DNA from: Rhizaria sp. SCN 62-66
Lineage: Eukaryota
Assembly: GCA_001724265.1 (NCBI GenBank)
Contig: MEDY01000256.1
Coordinates: forward strand, 1-64,000
Length of the DNA stretch: 64,000 nt
Direction: 5' to 3'
Made by a program: the position numbers and the translations under genes. Under the pieces are notes generated by a model. That model did not search any database. It was not told the DNA's origin and saw only the letters and a list, made by a program, of their open reading frames with translations. This document shows positions 61,201 through 64,000 of the stretch, piece by piece (within the stretch, counting starts at the first letter, position 1; every line of letters begins with the position of its first letter).

Positions 61201-63113
61201 GAGGGCGTGCGCGTCACGGGGTCCGCCGCGGTGACGACGTACTCGTCGTCGTCGTTCTGACCGTAGCCAGCGCCACTGCCCTTGCTGCTGTTGTTGCGCA
61301 CTGCGCCGGAGTCCGAGTCCGAGTCGGAGCCATCGCCCTGGGCGCGGTGCCGGTGCCGGTCGAACGTGCCCGTGGCCGGGCCAAACGCAATAGTTGCCTT
61401 CTTGCCGTTGATGTTGATGTTCGGGTCGACCGCCGCGCTGCCGCCACCGTTGCCGCGGTTGCCGCCGCTGTTGTTGGGGGCGGCGATAGCCAGCGCGAGC
61501 GCGAGGGTGGGCGACACGGCCGCGGCGCTGCTGCTGGCGGCGCTCATGTCGTACGCGTTGCCGCCGCCGTGGCCGCTGTTGGAGGCCGCAAGCGAGGCAA
61601 ACGGGTCGTCATCGTCGTGCGCTGCTGCGCCGCTGCTGACGGAGGGCTGGTGACTATGGGCAAGGGTCTGGTGACTGTGGGCGGCGGAGAGCGTGATGGG
61701 CGCCGACGCCATCGCGGCAAACCCGTCGCTCATGTTCCCGCTGTCGTCGTTGTCGTCGTTGCGGCTGTGGCTGCCGGAGCCGCCGTAGGTGAAGTCGTTG
61801 TTGGTCTCGGCGCCCGCGTCATACCCCGCCGAGTGACCGTGGGCCGCGGACAGCCCGGCCGCGGGGAGCGGGGTCGTGGCCGCAGAGACGAACCCAGAGC
61901 CAGAGCCGGAGCCAAAGCCGGCGTCGAACTCTGCGTCGTCATCGACGCCAGCTCCGCCAGCACCCATGCCAGTACCCGTGACACCCGTGGTGGCGCCAGT
62001 GACCGTGGCGGCACCCCCGGCCCCGCCCCCAGCGGCGGCGGCGGTGGTGAAGGACATGGCGACGGACGCGCGCTCAGACTCGGAGAACTCGGCATCAAAG
62101 AGCGGGTCCACGGCGGGGACGAAGCTGCTATCTGCTGCCACGTCCGCCTCCATCGCCTCATCAGCCTCAGCCTCAAGCGCAGGCCCAGCGGCTGGCGCAG
62201 CGGCAGGCGCAGTGAAAGCGGGGACAGGGGCAGTAGGGCTGGCGGCGATCGCGTCGAAACCAAAGCCAAAGTCGTCCGCGTCGTTCGAAGCCGCGTGTAC
62301 AGTGTTGTTGCTGCTAGTATTAGGCGCATTTGAGTTGGCGTTAGAGCTGGGGGTGGGCTCGTCGAAAGCGAAAGCAAAGGTATCATCTGCGGGATTGGCG
62401 CTGCTGTAATCAGCAGCAGCAGCGGCAGCTGTGCTTGCATTGTTCTGAGGACGGGGCGAGTCGAACCCAAAGTCGTCGTCAAGTGCGTTCTGAGCGCTTG
62501 CACTCGTCGGAATGACGGCGACAGCACCGGTGTGCACACCTGCGCCACTCGAAGCACTATGCGGAGCACTGTCTTTAGAGAGAATGTCACTGTGACCAAT
62601 GTTGGCACTCATGTCCGCGTTGAGGTCCAGGTTGGCGCCCATGCCGTTGGCAGCGCCGTTATGTGTGAAGAGCGCAGCGAATGCGTCTTCCTCGTCCGCC
62701 GCGGTCTCACCTGCGCCACCAACACCAAACGGGACCGCGAAGGACGCGCCGAGCACGTCAAACCCCGCCGCAGCGCCGCTGCCGTCGCTGGCGCCGTGCG
62801 CGGAGCCCACGCCGGCGGAGCCCGCGTCGGCGGAGCTCATGGTCACGACGGCAGTGCTGGTGCGGGAGGGCCGTTGCGAGCCGGGGCGCGAGGCCGCGGG
62901 GGAGCGCGTGGACGACAAGTGCGGCGCCGAAAGCCCGCTAAACGAGTTCATCATGGGCTTGGGCGCGGCTGCGGCGGGCGTGGAGACGGCGGGGAGGCCA
63001 AACGGGAAGGGCTTGAAGGGGGACGCGTGGAGGTTGTGGGCTCCTTCCGTGTCGGAGTGGAGGGAAAGGTCCTCGTCGACATCGTACGCGCCGAAAGGAG
63101 TCTCGTCCCACAT
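55287..63113 (-). CDS. Very large coiled-coil protein (2608 aa) with an acidic, Phe-motif-rich disordered N-terminus
   Basis: Uninterrupted 7.8-kb ORF with coding bias; long A/E/K/R heptad region; DDFGF/DPF-type motifs in the N-terminal part. Confidence 0.85.
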   Translation of the reverse strand: MWDETPFGAYDVDEDLSLHSDTEGAHNLHASPFKPFPFGLPAVSTPAAAAPKPMMNSFSGLSAPHLSSTRSPAASRPGSQRPSRTSTAVVTMSSADAGSAGVGSAHGASDGSGAAAGFDVLGASFAVPFGVGGAGETAADEEDAFAALFTHNGAANGMGANLDLNADMSANIGHSDILSKDSAPHSASSGAGVHTGAVAVIPTSASAQNALDDDFGFDSPRPQNNASTAAAAAADYSSANPADDTFAFAFDEPTPSSNANSNAPNTSSNNTVHAASNDADDFGFGFDAIAASPTAPVPAFTAPAAAPAAGPALEAEADEAMEADVAADSSFVPAVDPLFDAEFSESERASVAMSFTTAAAAGGGAGGAATVTGATTGVTGTGMGAGGAGVDDDAEFDAGFGSGSGSGFVSAATTPLPAAGLSAAHGHSAGYDAGAETNNDFTYGGSGSHSRNDDNDDSGNMSDGFAAMASAPITLSAAHSHQTLAHSHQPSVSSGAAAHDDDDPFASLAASNSGHGGGNAYDMSAASSSAAAVSPTLALALAIAAPNNSGGNRGNGGGSAAVDPNININGKKATIAFGPATGTFDRHRHRAQGDGSDSDSDSGAVRNNSSKGSGAGYGQNDDDEYVVTAADPVTRTPSPSAHSAAGGHDGPSAAAAEGASSGSGASTSVSTPWALARASAAIESVTSVLSFSGWGFRSVATATAATPVNSSGESNANAALPPARGGNAANGSKGDQTTRRLSFTAASSSSSVSASGLGSSTSSSSQKPAGGASKDDKGESEARGQFAAPSAVSTVARLRSTVAAQLAAVAAARHRLLAPSAGSEAEAAAAAAAEEGRDEDDDDEAAALDAALLALVVTSHAKSSTSSSSASPSLGPRSNSDGGGPDAMLVRAAQRVRRLRRERVAARRDAQGLQELVLELRDSLSAREELVCAMQLEVADALAEADTLRQQAAGPAADAAARQQREREQERARIRRIEAELERRELALEDRERQSGTEASASAGLSSLLMNGNGNDNATSNEATEALRARVAALETQEAKFRAALSQAKGLVDDLQTRNAKLEEAATAANALAVTTQATVVAQQQQMQQMQQMQLQRSDSSASTSGEVARLKTELAALRESADAAKHDDAEALSRLRTECERHRADKAALRNELSAAATRAADAETRAEVAAAAAEAATAAAAATAAAARPGAGAVVAPVSLPTTPSLDGDGGDVRQSVRAIGRTVAELEGQLAEERAKSVAAARDAADSVHDALETALKDAEFAKDEAEAANRKAEAAENKAEAAVSKAEAALRDAEAAKDEVETANSELARVKTEAAAFKIDAEAAKSEADALKAQLAAATIDNSSATLAELVVAQEELASTRTELSTARANLSMVSADLLTVRAELSAVRLELDGAHTGLAGAHKERDGALAERDGVVAERDGAFADRDGALAELAGVKTELDGVKAERDGVKTQLSGTHEELSGVKAELDGVKTELSGAQTELTGVRAELELARNGLQSAHSAAAAAEQAHAAALAAAVAAADGDAAAATTAAASVVAAEDRAAAAVARAEAAEAAAAAATTARAEAEAAVAASEVRLAEAESDAEDAKVVAESAKAEADAAKAVAESAKAGIAAVQADAEAAKAEADAAKADADAAKAEAMEAKAEAERAQAALATAQAEARAAVTAAAATAETTGAEQSAAVTALEASLATAEASLAAAEAAAAKAAGKTERYRGQLQELMARFDAEETARAAAESGLAEAQATLAATQAEVAEAQSALAAATSALAAAEAKASAAERARSVAEEALVAGNEALAAAETARVDADAARAEVEAAAATANEAAAEAAAKAHAAESRAAAAEVAAAEATIAKTVAETAQAEAEAAKATAEAAADEARAAATAAAEAAAAGGDESAQALAAALAQVSAAEARADAADAAAAAAEERAAAAEASVAESAAATATAAEQAAEARAARAAAETERATALAAAGAATEAAEAAAVAHSTELAAARAAAAGAASAAAEEGHARARELAVALEGFRAEARAREIELLAEAEAARAAADARVAGVGAEVEATRALDRAELADARAHAAALETRLAEAEQAAAEAQQRLQLAEAEARAQALTLESSLAEAKNEELAAVRAAHAVELAAVTERLAAAGEAAAEARAALERAEADHGDAMAATEAEAGRRLLQREQALSADAATARAEAAHAAEVADDAKRAAAAHAKAKVAAEARAAAAEAAVSRLRGAVAGRRDLALALAAKLPPATFVAAATTLAPAAAAAATATFSSTGRRGDGAGDGDGDVDVDNVRPVAVVATETAASLEARAAEDLLHCAVLARLDAVMELAEEDGSMVARVGVAERWETSEGQLLLAVKSELEMRLRERKILVEQLLRAEQERTELVQSVMREARKLRRLAKRAIAAVADEGVEGAEGANGAEHEDHDRAHGADSGAMMDDTIMSQADYNIANTHKQTNTNSRGNAHKEFDDDLDLTAVTEAGSLANNNATVHASTHSNNTHVADDEANVDTGVHARKSFLKSAKSSANTAASDATSTAGFGLGLGGFAPSAHGHSSSAHGHGHTSAGLGQSTLGMGYGLGGLNGDGVYEGGDYDDGYVGFDDIGTR
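58610..59040 (-). repeat. Degenerate 21-nt coding tandem repeat (about 20 heptads, E[LR][DS]G[AV]xx)
   Basis: ERDGALA ERDGVVA ERDGAFA DRDGALA ELAGVKT ELDGVKA ERDGVKT QLSGTHE ELSGVKA ELDGVKT ELSGAQT. Confidence 0.8.
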
Positions 63114-63626
63114 GGAAGCGCGGTCACAATGGAGATAGGTGTAGTAAAAATGTGGTTATTATGAAGAAAACGCTGCTGCGGATCTATGGATTGTGTGACA
63201 TGAGTGAAACAAAGGGGCGATGAGGAGAGCGAGATATGAGTCAGCCGGAAGAGGTTTCCGAGGAAATGACACCTTAGATTAAGAGTAGTAAATGCACTAA
63301 TAAAAAATAGAGTTATATGCATTACATGAATTCTATTCAGTAAACTTTCTTTGCGATTGGCGTTGAGGTGCACTCTCACGAAGCTTGGTAATGTTCGCGT
63401 CATTTCTCTGTCCGTTGGTTGGCGTGGGGGCTGGATCTCAACCACAGATGGATCACCACTAACTTTGCAAAACCACAATTCGCTCATCTGTCCGCAAATA
63501 GCATCACGCCTTATTGTGCGTATATTAAGGTATCATAATCTGGCTGTATTTTAAAGTTGACATGAAGCCGACTTGTTTATCCTTGCTAAACACATCTTTT
63601 GCGCTCGCCCTTTTTGATCCCGCAGC

Positions 63627-64000
63627 ATGGACGAGGAGACCGCGGCCCAAATGGCCCGTCTGGGCCTCCCTGTTTCCTTCGTTTCCACAGCCAAGGGCCC
63701 CGCAGCCGCCGCTGCCCCCACAGCCCCGCGTGTCCAGTCCGGCCCTGTTACCGCGCCCACCTCCGCCTCTGCCGGGCTCGCGAGCATGATGCAGCGCTCC
63801 GCCGCCGCCGCCTCCGCACGTGCCCCCGCCGCTCTGCCCTCGTCCTCGTCATCCTCCGCAGCCTCCGTAGCCTCGCAGCAGCAGAAGGGTGCGATGAAGC
63901 CCGCGGCCATGAACATGCTCGCGGCGTACGGCGACTCCGACTCATCGGGCTCAGACTCGGACAACGACTCTTTCGGCCCCGCCCCCGCTCGTGCGGCGAC
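63627..64000 (+). CDS. 5' part of a gene running off the right edge (N-terminus reminiscent of WDR70-type proteins)
   Basis: Open frame from ATG 63627 to the window end: MDEETAAQMARLGLPVSF...AAYGDSDSSGSDSDNDSFGPAP; not in the ORF track because it has no stop. Identity tentative. Confidence 0.65.
   Translation, partial: MDEETAAQMARLGLPVSFVSTAKGPAAAAAPTAPRVQSGPVTAPTSASAGLASMMQRSAAAASARAPAALPSSSSSSAASVASQQQKGAMKPAAMNMLAAYGDSDSSGSDSDNDSFGPAPARAA

Noticed and set aside
1-64000. Mobile elements, CRISPR arrays, viral inserts, or a functional ribosome-biogenesis cluster
   Set aside because: No transposase, RT, integrase, capsid, TIR/LTR or repeat-spacer pattern seen; ribosome-related genes are interspersed with unrelated ones and could co-occur by chance.

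Overview
Gene-dense nuclear DNA of a unicellular eukaryote (protist; lineage not determinable from this window). Exons are very GC-rich and full of poly-Ala/Gln/Gly-His tracts; introns are mostly pyrimidine/AT-rich GT-AG introns of about 120-460 nt with GTACG/GTATG-type donors. About 21 protein genes, many in head-to-head pairs: RPL19 (partial), a small membrane protein, casein kinase 1, a long mitoribosomal bS18-domain protein, CENP-C/Mif2-like, WD40, a secreted Glu/Ala-rich protein, RPL34, a bacterial-type agmatinase, two small secreted proteins, AFG2/SPATA5, two coiled-coil proteins, a 4-TM protein, UTP6, a five-PH-domain giant, an RP9/CIR-like zinc-knuckle RS protein, NMNAT, a SNAPC5-like protein and a partial gene at the right edge. 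Non-coding features not in the ORF track: two near-identical intronic box C/D snoRNAs, an intronic H/ACA snoRNA candidate and an atypical tRNA-Leu(AAG). Main anomalies: RPL34 has two frame-breaking deletions at conserved motifs yet keeps intact splice sites and an intronic snoRNA; one gene has an in-frame TAG while none of 19 gene ends uses TAG; one gene has a +1 frameshift. Assembly error cannot be excluded for these lesions without reads. All family assignments are from motif recognition by eye, not from database searches.
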